NCBI GenBank assembly: GCA_964057225.1
Contig: OZ059894.1
Span: 6,696,001-6,760,000 of the forward strand
Source: Auanema rhodensis
Taxonomy: Eukaryota > Animalia > Nematoda
Length of the DNA: 64,000 nucleotides
Direction: 5' to 3'
This document shows, piece after piece, positions 1 through 14,149 of this stretch; positions within the stretch are counted from its first letter, which is position 1; each line of letters starts with the position of its first letter. The notes below the pieces were generated by a model. That model was not told where the DNA came from, made no database searches, and saw only the letters and a program-made list of their open reading frames with translations. The translations under genes and the position numbers were made by a program.

Positions 1-2487
1 TCAGTATATCAGATGATGTGGCTGGAGCAACATTTATGGCCGCTGGCGGATCAGCACCGGAATTCTTTACATCACTTTTCGGAGTTTTCATAACTCAAAA
101 TAATGTGGGAATAGGAACAATTGTTGGTCAGTTTGTTTAATTTATATAAATTGCGGATGTCCACAAATCTATTTTTAAGGCAGTGCTACTTTCAATATTC
201 TATGTGTTCTTGCATTTTGTGCACTGTTTTCACGAAAAGTACTTCATTTAACATGGTGGCCATTATTCAGGTTTTATAAAAATTGAAGAAAAATTTGATA
301 TACTCCATTTTAAGAGATATGGCCTTTTATTATGTGGCTCTGATATTTCTCGTTATATTTTTTTCGGATGAACAAATTTCGTGGCATGAGGCACTTTGCA
401 TGTTCTTCATTTATATCTTCTATGGCGTATTCATGAAATACAATTCTCAATTGGAATTATTAGTCAAAAGTTTTTTAACATCCAACTCTGTTCAAGAAAC
501 ATCCGAGGTTAATTTGATTTTGAATTCAAATATATCTTTGAAAAAAAAAGAAAATTAATACGCGTTTTTGCATATGAATCTAGAAAAATACTGAGGGCTT
601 GAAAACTTTTCAGAATAATTTTAATCGGGAACCACGTCGATCTATTCCACTGATTCATGGAGGTGGTGCTCAACTTAGAAATGGATTAGCTCAGATGGTA
701 ATTCATGATGAGATGGAAACTGGTAATGTATTAATGTATTTCCTTTTTAAGAAATCTTTAAGAGAAACAAAACAAAAAACATTTTTTCTTCTCAAAACCT
801 TTTTCAGATTTATTAATATGTTTTGCAAAATATAATTTTTATTTTTTATTTCAGAAGGTTCTGTATCTCATCGAAGTCAACCATCAACCATCAATATAAT
901 ACAAGTAAAGCCTGCAGAAGAAAAAATGTTCACGCACACTAACAGTACGTTATTTTGTGATTTTCTGTGTTTTTTAATAATAGGAGCACGGTTAAAAATT
1001 TATTAAAACTATTTTTTTATATATTTCCATTGCAGCTACTGTTTCAACGATTAGTGGATCTTCAGTTAGTCGAAATAATAACAAGATAGCTCCAGTTCAG
1101 GTTGAAACGTTTATAAATTATTTATTTATATATTTCTGATGACTTTTTCTTATGCAGAGGTCTCGACACTTTCTACGAACTAATAAAAAAATCTGAGAGA
1201 GAACTTAAAAAAATAAAAAAATTGGATACAAGTATGAGTAATAAACATTATATGAGGATTTTGAATGATGCAACCGCTAAAGGCGTTTTCTGCAAAACGA
1301 ATGAAATATGAATTAACGTGAACATGTATGATGCTAATTTACATATACATGCAAAACTACGTGTACACATGCATAAGAATGTTGATCAACATATTATTTC
1401 AGATTCTTGAAAATGCTGCAAGTAATGGTCGACTAACGGTAACTACTAACTGGTAATTACATCAATTTATTTTTTTTTATTTTCAGAAAACACAAACTAA
1501 TGGACATTCAAGCGTTCACGTACCTCCATTAGAAATGGATAAGGTTTTTCGTTCAAAAAAAACACAAATCTAATACATAGAATTTTCAGTTGTCAATGTC
1601 ATCTAGGGAAGAACAACCTCTGGATTTATCTTGGCCAGATACGACATTAAAAAGAATTATATATCTTGGATTATTGCCAATTATGTTACCATTAGCTTGT
1701 ACACTTCCTGATGTTAGAAAACCGGTATAACTGACTTTTAAACTACAAATGTGTGATTTATCTTAGAGTCTACATCGCTTCTTTATTTTTACATTTGTTG
1801 GCTCAATAGTTTGGATTGCACTTTTCTCATATCTGATGGTGTGGTGGGCAAACACAATCGGAGAAACATTTGCTATTCCAACTGAGGTAATGAAACCTTG
1901 AAGTTAATCTAGTCAGCAATGACTTTTTAGATAATGGGATTAACTATCTTAGCAGCTGGAACTAGTATTCCAGATTTAATCACTAGGTTAAGCTAAATAT
2001 ATCAAAACGTGTTATAACTCCTAGTTTTTTGTAGCGTGATTGTGGCTCGTAAGGGTCTGGGTGATATGGCAGTATCGAGTTCAATTGGTAGCAATCTGTT
2101 TGATATTTGCGTCGGGTGAGAGTTGTGTTGATGTTTCAAATATTAGTTAAAGATTCAGACTTCCAATACCTTGGATGTTATTTTTCCTTGTTGGCCTTAT
2201 CCGGGGAGCTGATCCACTTCCAACAAGTATATATTATACCTAAAATTAATATAATTCAAGTAAATCTTACAGTTCCCGTAGTATCAAATGGTCTGATCTG
2301 TAGTGTTGGACTATTATTCATAATGCTACTTGTTCTTGTTCTATGTATAGCACTATCAAAATGGAAAATGGATAAGTATTTTGGTTTAACTATGATTGTT
2401 TCATATTTATTATTTTGTGTTATTTCTATATTCCTTGAAACTGGATCACTACAATGTCCGTTACGAGTTTTCTCTCTTTGTGAATAA
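1..2487 (+). CDS. K+-dependent Na+/Ca2+ exchanger (NCKX/SLC24; ncx-4/ncx-5-like), multi-exon, 5' end outside window
   Basis: Spliced translation gives the alpha-1 repeat [39 protein letters not shown] and the alpha-2 repeat [50 protein letters not shown]. Stop TAA at 2485-2487. Confidence 0.95.
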
Positions 2488-2998
2488 TTTTCTTAGTTTA
2501 ACCTTAATATCAAATATGAACTAAAATTTTCCTAATATTTATGATTCAAATAAAAAATACATTTTATTGTCTATATTGATATATTTAATAAATATATCTC
2601 AATTAATTAATTCCTTTTTAATCTTAAATTATAGCCACGATGGGCTTTACCAAAAAAAAACATTTGCAATCGAGGTCAAAATCATAAGTACGTACAATGA
2701 CTCAGAAGGTTTATTGTTTAAAAAAAATAAAATGCCCGACTAGAATTGCATTGTTTCATCCTTGATGATGGTGCGTCGACTGGAATGAATCGGAACCTAT
2801 TCTGTATGAAGACCTTTTTGGGTCATCGGGAGTGTTTCTATATTGAAAGGATATAAGATTAGCCACAAGCAATTCAAATCTTTTCTTCCTTATTTCTTCG
2901 AATTTTATTATTGTCAAAGGTTCTTCTGATTTTCTATTATAAACATTTAATTTCAGTTCATCTACTTATTCGGGTACACCTCGCATGGACTCAATACG

Positions 2999-4597
2999 AT
3001 GAAAAAATATTTTCGATATCTAGTCATATTAAATCTTGTAATTCTTCTCAGTTTGTGTAGTATTTATATTGGTAATTCACCAACTACATTCTCCAATATT
3101 GTACCTGCTCAAGCTCGTCTTGTCTTGAGGCCGAACCCAGTTCTTTATGGGCGAATCACGGTAAACAAACCTTCAATGTACTTTTTGATCTTTTTTTCCA
3201 CAGAATTTCTCTAATGATCCACTTTTTGATTCTAATCTAGCTATTGTAGAAGTTTTAACAGAGAGTAAAAAGATAGACAACTACAGGTACTTATTGAAAT
3301 TTCTAAGACTTTCCATATGTTATCTAAGAACTGCTATCGGATCTGTACAATGTTACGCTGCGATGAAAGGACATTTCATGTATTTGCTTGATCTGGAACA
3401 CTACAAGCCTTATTGTGGTCATCATAAAGATGTAAGACACTCTAGAAATATACTTGAAAACTCAACCAGAACTTTACAAACGCTTCTTTAGTTCTACTAT
3501 CGAAGACATTGTGCGATTCATCACTTGATGGAAACACGACTTCATGATTGGTACGTGTTCATTGACTCTGATATGGAAGTTGTTAACGAGAAAAGGTAAA
3601 AGAAAAGTACACCAAGCAGTATATCTCATTAAGTATTATTGCTTAAGATCTTTTTCGGAGTTTATCGATTCTAAATATGATGTTTTGCTCTATGATCGCT
3701 TCTGGAACTGGGAAATTATGGCTGGTAACGAATTCACGAAGAAGAAAAAAAAACTTTTTTTGCAGGATCATATATCGTGAAAGGTAGCGATTTCGGGAGG
3801 AAGTTTGTTAAAGGATTTGCTGATTTCGAATTCGAACATCCTAACTCGCATCACGGAACTGATAACGGGGCTATTCAAGTTTGATCTCATACCATCTGAG
3901 CTATATATAAATCTGAATAATTATAGGCATACGTAGCTGAAACTGTGTTTAACGGTAGGAAGGAAATTGATGATTGCTGGAAGATTTGGGAAAAATCGAA
4001 AGGATGGGATGATGTCTTCGTTCATGAATGGTGTGTTCGAAAGCACTTAGGATCCCAAGAAGATTTTGGAAAAATAAAAATATTTAAAAAAGTTTGAACA
4101 AAAATGCGAGTTTCTTTCATTTTTATATAATGCTCAGGGTACAGCTTGGGCTCGAGATGGTGAGCTTACAGGTGGTAAGTGGAGTCCAGATTTTGATTTC
4201 ATCTTACATGGTCGAAAAGAGAAAAAGAAGAAGGATTTTAATCCAAAGAAGTACTTAAAGCAGAAGTATTCGTGTATAATTAATATTTCAGGAACGAATA
4301 TTGGTATGATGTTAGATACAAGCCATTAAATCTTACAGATTGCTCATTATCTAGAGCTACATGGTATAATCGACCAGAGATGATTATAAGCAAGTATGTT
4401 TCGAATCAAAATATCATGTAAAATTATGAATTATCCATTTTAGAGAAAAGATTCAACAAACATTGCATAATCGAGCTAAAGGAATAGTGCCTAACTTGAA
4501 AACTGTTTTCAAGAGAACAAATAGAACGTTGGACTTGAATGTAAATGATACTATGATTCAGGAAGTTTTAGGAAGATTTTCAAACTATACATATTAA
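2999..4597 (+). CDS. Nematode DUF273-family nucleotide-diphospho-sugar transferase (type II membrane glycosyltransferase)
   Basis: N-terminal TM anchor. Spliced motifs TAIGSVQCYA, YRRHCAI, FIDSDM (DxD), YDRFWNWEIMAGSYIVK, HGTDNGAIQ, WARDG..WSPDFDFILHG. Confidence 0.85.
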
Positions 4598-4941
4598 TAA
4601 AATAAAATACAATGAAGAAATACGTGTATAATCAGTAGGGCTACCAGATTATTGTACTTCACTTGAACACATGATGTGATTACGTTGTAACTGTTTGTAC
4701 CTATTAGTTTTAATAACTTGAAGTATTATAATTGAACAAAATGCATATACAATTAATAAAAAACGTCTAAAGAATAAGTAGATGCATCATCAACCGCTCT
4801 AGGCATCCAGTTTTAGAAAAATAAATTTTTTTGAATACATTTTTCATTTTCAATTATATATTTCATCTTTCAGAATTAAAAAAACTGTTATTAGTTCAAT
4901 TTTATTTTGCCAATATAAATCTATATTAAATATTAATAATT

Positions 4942-7886
4942 TTATAAAGAATTTGTTGACATCACCATGTCGAGCCAATTATCACTTTCACCAAATGAAA
5001 TTGGGAAAGGTTGTGAAATAGTTTGTGAATTAGTTTGTGCGGTAGGCATCGAAGATTCCGATAACATAAAATTTGGTATATTGGCTCGTAAAGGAGAGGC
5101 TGGTACCGAAGAGTTCGGTGAAGACGGTGATGGTGAAGGTGGGGCAGTAGAATTAGCCGTCTTAGAAAGTGTAGGGTCTATCTTAAGGGGGGTCATAAAT
5201 GGTGTTGCAAGCTCTGTTGTGGATGATGTTGCATGTGGCGCTATTGTAAGTGGCCTTAAGGCGGCTTGAGGTGTGGCAGAAGGAGTAGGATAAGGTGTTG
5301 GCTCAAACGCAGTTGGTGAGGGAGAGGATGGAATAGGAGATAGGGCGACAAGTTTTTTCCTAGGAGATTCAACTTTGATTCTATTTTGATGAGAACTTTG
5401 AAAGTTCCAATCAATCGATTCATTATACTCATCGCACCAGCCTCTTTTTTTAACTCGTCGGACCTTTGTCTAAAAATGAATTGTAAATTCTATAAACTCA
5501 ACGAAAATTTACTTGAGCTTGTTGTTCCACTGGCCCTATTCTTGATTTTATTTTTCTCGTTAAAGCTTCAGCAACTCCTCCAGATTTTGATAACGTAATT
5601 AGTGAACTGCAATACTTCACACAATATAATATATTTATTTAGTGCAACACAACCATTCATCTGATAGAGTCATTTGCCGAAAAGCTATAATATCCTTAAG
5701 ACTATCAGATAATCCACTTTCGTTAGCAGATCGACGGAACAAATCAATCAACTCAGGCGATCGTACCTATAACAATTCATTTTGAAAAAAAAACTAAATT
5801 AATGTCTTCATACCCAACGTTGAAGCTTTTGTGGAGGATGCCAATCAGGATCAATTTTTCTAATAACCTAGAAAGCGAATAATGTATACTATATAAATGA
5901 AAAACAACATACTTCTATGAACGTTTCAACTAAAAGAGTATTACTAACTGAAGGATATCGGAGAGAATTCTCCCAACTTTGGCACGCTAGTTTCTCATAG
6001 CAATTAATAAGAACTCGGAGCTTTTCTTGAAACATTAATAAATCATATGGCAAAAGCCATTGGTATTTTACCTTTGGCTTTAAGTTGTATTTCCACATGA
6101 TTAAAAAGAAATTTTTCTCTTTGCGACATCATTTCTGTAATTTTTGTATAGTAAGGGTGACCAGTTAAACTGAAATTTTCCAAACTATCTATAACGCCAT
6201 GTTTTAACAGCCTGAAATCAAGAGTAGTTTTCTTTTTGATTTATACGCTCACTTTTTCCCTAGTTTAGTTTGATTAATATAACGAACAGCTAAAATATTA
6301 GCTTCGTCATCTACACATTTCTTTAATTTCCTAAGAAAGATTAAAAATATTTCTAATGACTTGTTTAACCGCGGCATAGCCTATAATAGTATTACAAGAT
6401 TAATTTTCAAATATGAAAAAACCTCATTGCATGCAAAACTCCAAGCTAGGTGTTCCTCAATTCCTTTTTCAATCTGGTTATTATAAATATCTAAGAGAGA
6501 TTTGAATAAGCGGTTCCTAAAAGTTCCTTTTTGATTTCTCGTCACAGAAAAGCGGTTGCATGTTTGCTAATCGCACGACAATCCGTTTATATATATAAGC
6601 CTCACCAGGAGCTCCTAAGATTGCTTTCATTCAAAGCTCCAAATGATGGTATAAGAGGAGCAAAGTTGAATTTCGACATCATTTTTTCTACAGTCTCAGG
6701 AGAGCTTGTGATCGCAGTAGCAAAAGATGATTCAGAATACCCTAGAGCTGTTGATACAGCAACTATAACAATAATTATTTTTTTAACCGTAGAAACAATA
6801 TTCTTACTGTAAAACCTATATAAATGATCTTTCTGTACAGTACGCTCTTGGAGCAATTGAGGATTAATAAGTGCATCCTAAACAAGTAATTGAATTTTTA
6901 TAAGAAAGAAAAAATCATACATCACGATTAAAACCTAATTTATTCAATGTTGCAGTGCGTTCTCTCAATATATTCGATAATCGTATGAAAGGGATTTTAA
7001 GCTCAAGGGCAATATTATTTATGCTTTCCCCTTTCGATTTCAACCTAAAATTGAAAAACATGTTAACGTATACGGTAGTAAAATGATACTAACGAGAAGG
7101 CAAGCAAAACTTCTTCATCACTTAACGGAGTTGGTAATCCAATATAATGTGGATCCATTATCAAAAGCATACGGTTTCTTACTTGTCTAGCTGTGCGCTG
7201 CTCTAATTTTCTACCTGAAGACAATGGCAATATGGCAATAGTGCTCAATAACTTAAAAACTCACAAACAGCAGGCCACATCCGCAACTTTATCATATGAA
7301 TCATTTCTTTCCGTAACCGTCTCTAGAAATTCAGATTATTAAATACTAGTGTGAAAAAATATGAATACTTTAGAAGATGCTGAAAATCCAGGCATAAATC
7401 CAGCATATTGTCGTCCGTCTTCATACGCAAAGCCATTTTTTTTTGCAAATCGTTTCCAATTTTTACGTATACGATCATCTTCCTCTGCTGTGAACGGCAG
7501 CTTCTCCTCCACTTTTATTCCTATAATATGATATTAATCAGCGACCCAACATCATATTAAACCGTGCTCAATTAGCCGATCCTTATGATCTTGATAAAGC
7601 TTTCCTATGGTTACGTGATGGAACAGATCTCCTTCTGGAGAAAGTATTCCTTCTTCGGGAAGAACAATTTCAAAATAATTAGTCGATGTATTAGGTTCCT
7701 CGGTACATCGGTCTACATCTCCTATTAAAGTATCGCCTATCATATGCTCGTCAGCAGTACGGACTTCGCGGTTAGCTTCAATCGTTTCTACTATCCTACG
7801 TATCTTTTCCATCTCTCTACAACTGAATAAAAACAAGGTAAACTCCACTATATCAGAGGTATTTTAAGCAATAACTCATTTTCCAT
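4942..7886 (-). CDS. TTF1/Reb1/DMTF1-like Myb-associated domain protein, paralog A, with Pro/Ser/Thr-rich C-terminal tail
   Basis: Spliced: LIEHG-IKVEEKLPFTAEEDDRIRKNWKRF ... MWPAVCRKLEQRTARQVRNRMLLIMDP, resembling the TTF1/Reb1 Myb-associated region. Start ATG at 7886 is inferred; the terminal exon contains ORF 4942..5196. Confidence 0.6.
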
Positions 7887-8386
7887 GTTCATCACCTTTT
7901 ATGCAAGATTTATTTAACTGATCAAAATACTTAACAAAACTAAATCAAATGAAAAACTTCGACAACGGCACTCTTGATTACAGTACGAATAAGTTCTGAA
8001 TGTACTACCTGAAAGATATAAATAGAAAACGTGGTAAAAGTTAACTAACAATTTCTAATTCTTTTCTGAAGAACCAGATGTTATATTTCAGACTGTTCTG
8101 GTAGAAAAGCCTGAAAAATTAGCAGCTTCCCAATCACTTAAACCTTTCAGCTTGCACATATTTTCTAAAAAATAAACCAACTATAGCATAACTATAACAT
8201 TCAAAATTGAAACAATAAAGTCACAAAACTGTTGTACAAAACTTTTAATTAAACTTCTCTAACAGTAAGGCAACAACGAATTTCACAATTCAAAATAAAC
8301 CAGATCAATATTTTTTAAAATTGAGCAAAACAAGTATAATGTAAACGCTTGAGCGATAAGTGATAAAGGTATTATAATTGATTAGT

Positions 8387-10447
8387 TTAATCCTCCTCAT
8401 CAACGTCCATTTGATTCTTCCCCTTGTCCAACTCCTTTTGAACTATTTCATATAATTCGCGATCTTTCTCAGTTTCAACCTTTGATTGTTTGAAATAATG
8501 TAAATCTTTAGCCTTTGTCTTGAACATGATTAAAAGTATAATTTCAAAATTCGGCAAAAACTTACATATTTACTCCAGAACAAAGGTGGAGAACTATCTG
8601 GAAAAACGGAAGCTGCATATTCTAATATGCATTCTATTAGTAAATTTCTATACACTCGGGGAAGATTCTTCTCAACTCTCTAAAATAAATTAGATGCAAC
8701 TTTCTGTAGACAAAAAAAACTTTTTTAGGCATATTGTACTTTTCCATATCTATATCGAGGTACCGAATGAGGATTTGGAGGCAATCTTAAACAATCTCGT
8801 ATTCAAACTTCATATCAAAAAACGTACCTTTCTTGGTAAAAGGAGCAGAATGTTTCTCTGTAATACGGTGCAAAACTAATAGATATGTACCAGTTTTTGC
8901 AAATATGTAGTTCCATTCACTGTTTTTGCCAGTCTTAAATCCGTATACGCCTTCTTCTTGCATTCTAAACATTAGTACTTGAACCAAAACAATAATATAT
9001 TTTTAATTTTATAAACAGTACCGTCGTCGAACATCAAATACGTTGCAGAAGGAAGTAAGCTTGAAAGCAGCGGGAGAGCGGTCATCCTCATCGTGCCATT
9101 CTTCCAAAAGAATTTTTGCGAAAGTTTGAAACTGTAAAAGTGATATTCGCGGCAAGCGCAGAAGCACCTGAAGCAAAAGCATATCATAATCAGCAAGGGA
9201 ACTCTTACCTTTTTGTACGCTTTCTTCCAAACCTTGTCTTCAGGGTATTTTCCCTTATACTTTTGGCATCTTTCTACCAAAAGTTTCGTTATGTAATTCC
9301 TAAGAAAGTACCCATTTACTCAAACGCAACCAAATTCCCACCAAGAATTTTCACAAGCAGATTCAGATTTCTTCATAATTTCGGATAGCTTTGGATATGG
9401 AATGAAAATGGCGTTGAGTTGACTGCTTTCCCCTTCTAAGCAGAGCTTTTTAATCGTCTGTGAAAAACGTTAATAACAATAGAAATTTACTAGTTAACAA
9501 AACCTGCAATGAATCTTCTCCGAGTACTTTAACCACAGAGTCTGAAATTTTTTAAATTAAACTTCGCAATACTTCAAACCATACTAAAAAACTTTTCAAG
9601 TTCTGTGGAGTCCAGTAACTCATACATAGAATTATATCTGTATAAAACATTTTTTGCTTCTGTTAAAGTTAACCCGGATTTCTTAAATAAGTAAATCTAA
9701 GCAATACTTAAAATCTTAATTACCTTGGCTATTTTTGGCCATTCCAAGCCAGCATGGAACATTCGAATAACTAGATTAGCTTGTTCATTTGATATTTTAG
9801 CTGATCCTTTTCTTAAACAGTTATATTAAAACATTAATCACTAGAGAAAAGGAACTTTGCATATAAAATCTCGCGACTACCATTCATAATTGCCGGATCA
9901 AATATACGTTGAATTCTTCGGGCTATCTGCATAGCACAACGATGCTCTAATCCTTTTCCTAATATTGCGTTTTACATTACATTTTACCCTTATCGTTTGT
10001 ACCTATTTCTGCCCAAAAGCCGATTTCCCTTAACCTTTTTCTTCTTTCAGGGCACATTGCCTGGTTCTGAACAAATAAAATGCAAGCAAGTTTCAAATAT
10101 ATCCTCACTTTTATTCCAATATGACCAAAATATTCTATCTCCTCCTCAACCAAGTTGTTATTCTTTGCAATTCTGCGCCAATTTTCTCGAAGCAGTTCAT
10201 CTTCTTCTTTGTTGAAATGCCCGCTTTTATAAATAATACCTAAAATTATCGCAACTTAATAGGTTTGATATAAAATAAAACCATTTTCTTTTAAATATTT
10301 GATATTCTCAGGAGTCAAAGGTTGTCTTTCCGCCTGAATGATGAAATGATATAGTATTTGTGATTATTGAAACATTACATGATGAAAGGGAATACCATAG
10401 CTGTTATATATACCTTCTCGTGGATTTTCTATAATTTTCGGGCCCAT
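8387..10447 (-). CDS. TTF1/Reb1/DMTF1-like Myb-associated domain protein, paralog B
   Basis: TTCAG|ATG start. Spliced: YLKENGIIYKSGHFNKEEDELLRENWRRI ... FWAEIGKGLEHRCAMQIARRIQRIFDP. Ends QMDVDEED*. Confidence 0.65.
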
Positions 10448-10593
10448 CTGAATAAACTTTAGAGATGACAGAAAATCTCTTCAGATACGAAAAATGAAAT
10501 TACACTATTTCAGATCAGATACATTTAATTCAAAATATTATTTAAAAGTTCCAAATATCTTTTATTACCCGCAAATCACTATAATTTAAAATA

Positions 10594-11214
10594 TTAAAAC
10601 ATCATTTTTCTAATGGTAGCTATAAAAATAAAAATAACGTTGAACAAAGATACAGGAACTGCGTCGTAATCTGAACGAATTCATATTATCAGGTTTCTAG
10701 ACAAGCATTTAAGATTACCGCATCTTTCACACGCGGATGTATCAGAGAAAGGAATCCGTAAGAAGAAGTTGAATGGCCAGAAATAATTAGAAGATATACA
10801 AAAAGCCTGAAAATGAAAGTTACACAATATATTTAAATATAAAATTACTTGTATCCCAGACACTAAATATAAAACAACAAATCCAACAGCTTGCAGTATA
10901 GTTCGGACTGTTAGTGCTAACTTCATATTTGAACCGTTTCCATTTTGGGAAGCTACTGAAAATTATACAATTAAGGCTGCATTGCTGCATAAGTTTCACA
11001 TTCAGTCTCCAATTGGCTCTTCACTTTGTTCAAAACTCTTTCAGTTTTAAAATATGCAGCAAACTCCGAAGTTGGTGATATCTTCAGAAAGAATATAAAT
11101 ATTAATGTTTGTTTTTCGAATAAATACCTTATTTAAGTTATTTTGAAGTTCTTTGACTTCGGCAGTAAGTCGTATAACTTCAGGAGATTGTTTTTTTGCT
11201 TGTTTAGCTTTTAC
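10594..11214 (-). CDS. wrb-1: GET1/WRB tail-anchored protein insertion receptor (5' exon(s) unresolved, probably up to ~11480)
   Basis: Coiled coil EVIRLTAEVKELQNNLNKISPTSEFAAYFKTERVLNKVK matches the Get1/CHD5-like motif (cf. ISxxDEFARYARLERKINK). It is followed by a TM segment, FWPFNFFLRIP, and a final TM ..VPVSLFNVIFIFIATIRKMMF*. Confidence 0.75.
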
Positions 11215-11850
11215 CTGTAATACAAATAAAATTTCAAAGCATTAACAGTATGTTTATATTGTTCAATTTGTTCAAGTTCATATCAAAACTATCGTATATA
11301 CAAACATCATTGGAAGTTTAAACAAAGAGGAACAATTAAATTCAGTGAAAACAGATAAACTGAGAAAAGTGCATTGCTTCCAGATTATATATATAGAATC
11401 GAACCAACACGTAATTTACTTTTCTAATTATAATAAACTTCACTAACCGTCTCAACTGAAAAGTTCTGAATTTGTTTCATAAAAATAATGAATAAAACCG
11501 CAGCGGTAGTTGTAATTATTTCCCATAGTAAGGGAAGTCCTATGGGACCCAAAAGCACGGTTTCTTGCACCGTGCACATTCTGAAATGATTGAAACAATT
11601 TATTCAATTAATTTTTAATGATGTTTATATGTTAATATACAAAACTATATAGACGTTTAATCTAAGCATGGAAACTCGTTTTAAATTTTCTAGGTACAGG
11701 AAACACGTTGCGTATTTAACGTACACTAATTTAAAAATATTTTATTCTTTTTCTCAGTATTTCCTTAGGTAGTGAAATTTTTGAAGTAGTACCCTTATGT
11801 GTTAGTAATAAATATATTTAAAGATTGGTTTTCAGTTCTTACTTACAGAA

Positions 11851-14149
11851 ATGCATAATGATAGCGAAGTAGATAAATACATTGTATATAACTTCAATAA
11901 AAGTAATTCTTCTGTCGATAAAATTCCTATTCCAATACCTCTGCCTGAATATGTTGAAGTTGATGAATTTGTTGCCAAAGTTGGAGCTCTGGATGGATTA
12001 ACTGATTTCGATGTCAAAGGTATATATTTGATTTATAAAATTTATGCTACATCAATTTTCTAGGTGTATCTCAAAACATAAATAAACTGGTTCTAGAGGA
12101 AATAGTAAAGTATAATGATGAGAGAGACGATAAACTAATAGAAGAAGCTCTTTCATCTAGTAGTTTATCTTTCAGTGAATTTTATTCATCCAAGGTAACT
12201 TTCTTTTTTATAGCTTATGTAGAATGCCCTTTTTATAGGTCAATGATACTAATACTAACTCTAAAGTTCCCTTTGCTGATCAATTCAACTGTATTATGCA
12301 TAATTCTCCATGTGATCATCTAACTTTACTAATTAGAAAGGAAATAGCTATGGCATCTGAAGTTGGTTCAGTTTACAATGGCCATGGTGGATCTATATAA
12401 TAGATTTTATGTTGGCCTGTTGTCGTCGCTATTTTTCTTGATATATATTTTGTTTAAGATGTCGCACTTATTGCGAGCAAGAACCTGGGAAGTTGAGCAG
12501 CTGACGAAGGAGTGCGAAAGTCTGCTGGGATCTTCTGAATCAAATGACATGCATCCCCACCAGCTCAGCAAATTAAACGAAAAACTGCGGGTTAGCATCA
12601 AGGCCTTTATATCAAATAAAATAATTTATTCAGCAAGTTCACGGGTCGTATTCATGTCAAATTGAAGCTCTTGCTGAGCAACAACGAAAGCAATACAAAA
12701 CGATGGTGGAAGCTGTTTATCAAGGTATATAGTCTTCTGTTTTTAAAAAAAGCTCATGTTTTTTTCTAGCCAAAGGGTCTGTTCTTAAACTTCCAGAAGA
12801 AATAGGTAGTGATTTGAGTGATCTGACTTCATCATCATATTCGTAAGTTTGTGTTGTATTTTTGACTTCAATATTATATTTTGGTGCTTCTCAACCAGTA
12901 GTTGCGGGAATTTATGAAAGTTTCACTATATACATAGGTATAGCTTTAGTTTCTATATGATTTTTTTATCATATTTTAGGGGCCCAGCTGAAGTCAATGC
13001 ATAATGTTAGAATTGTCACCGCCCCCGATCTTGTGTCTTTGGTTTCGCATCAAAAGGTTTCTACATAAACTTTATTCTGTAAATTATTTTTAATATTTTC
13101 GATTGACGATATAGGCGGAAGATTACAAATGGCAATGTCATTATACGGGCGTTCACTCACAGCTGCTGTGCTACTAGTTCCAAAAGACCCCATGTATCAT
13201 GTTAATATGCAATCCGGTATTTGAAAATAGAGTAATATATTTCATATTTTGTATATTTAGAGTTTTTCAAGGCATGCGAGCGTACCACAGAGTTGCATTT
13301 CGAACCTTTAGCTATCCAGCTTCGGAAAATTGCTGAGTCGGTATGATTTAACAAGTGCTGTTCTTTGTATATTTCTGTACTTTAGACGAGAGATGCCAAC
13401 ATCTGGAGAGAAGGTAATGCAGCACTAGTTTCTGAGAGTGATTGCCCTCCTGTAGCTAATACCAGAACAGACTCTTCTCTAGCTGTTGGGGATGTGTACA
13501 TAACAAAGCATTCTAATCTGAGGCAAGCACAGGTTAGATGTTGTTTCTGTTACATGTGTGCATATTTCTGATTCTTTAGATAATTTTCCATTTGGTGGTT
13601 GATGAACAGCTACAGTCTACTGAAATATCAAGCAGGTATATGTGTCCTTTCGAGCAATGGTAATTTTTTTTAAAGGCACTTGTGTTTCAATGGTCTACGT
13701 AATTTGATTAGATTAACATCAAAGTTAGGCATAACATCACTTTTCCTTCCTCTTCTTCTGATAGATAAACCTTCTGAGGTATAATAGTGTACCTGAAAGT
13801 TTTAATATCCAATTACTGCATAGACTTCAACTGTTACATGGTGTATTAGGCGAGCTGAAATGGTATACAAATGTGTCAAAGGCTACTTAATGGAGGTTGG
13901 CATTGTTGTCCAAGTCTTGTAACTTCAGTAGCTTTGTTGTTTAGGTTTGTGGATCAGCTTGTGGAGGCTCTTCAGCTCCAGTTCCACATTACAACATTAA
14001 TTTTGTTCTTCCTTCCGGGTTATCATCTTCTATATATGAGCAGGTACATCTAGCTTCCTTACCGTATTCATAGAATTGAACAACAGATTCTTGCCATGCT
14101 ACCAACAATATTTCATCTCGTGCCCAATGTAACTGCTGCTGATGATTGA
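11851..14149 (+). CDS. C12orf4/FERRY3 homolog (DUF2362)
   Basis: Spliced motifs [78 protein letters not shown]. Stop TGA at 14147-14149. Confidence 0.9.

Noticed and set aside
1158-1231. Possible cassette exon in the NCKX cytoplasmic loop
   Set aside because: 74 nt with an in-frame stop; the flanking exons join in frame without it.
4967-5269. 100-aa plus-strand ORF
   Set aside because: Antisense shadow of the Pro/Ser/Thr-rich last exon of the minus-strand gene.
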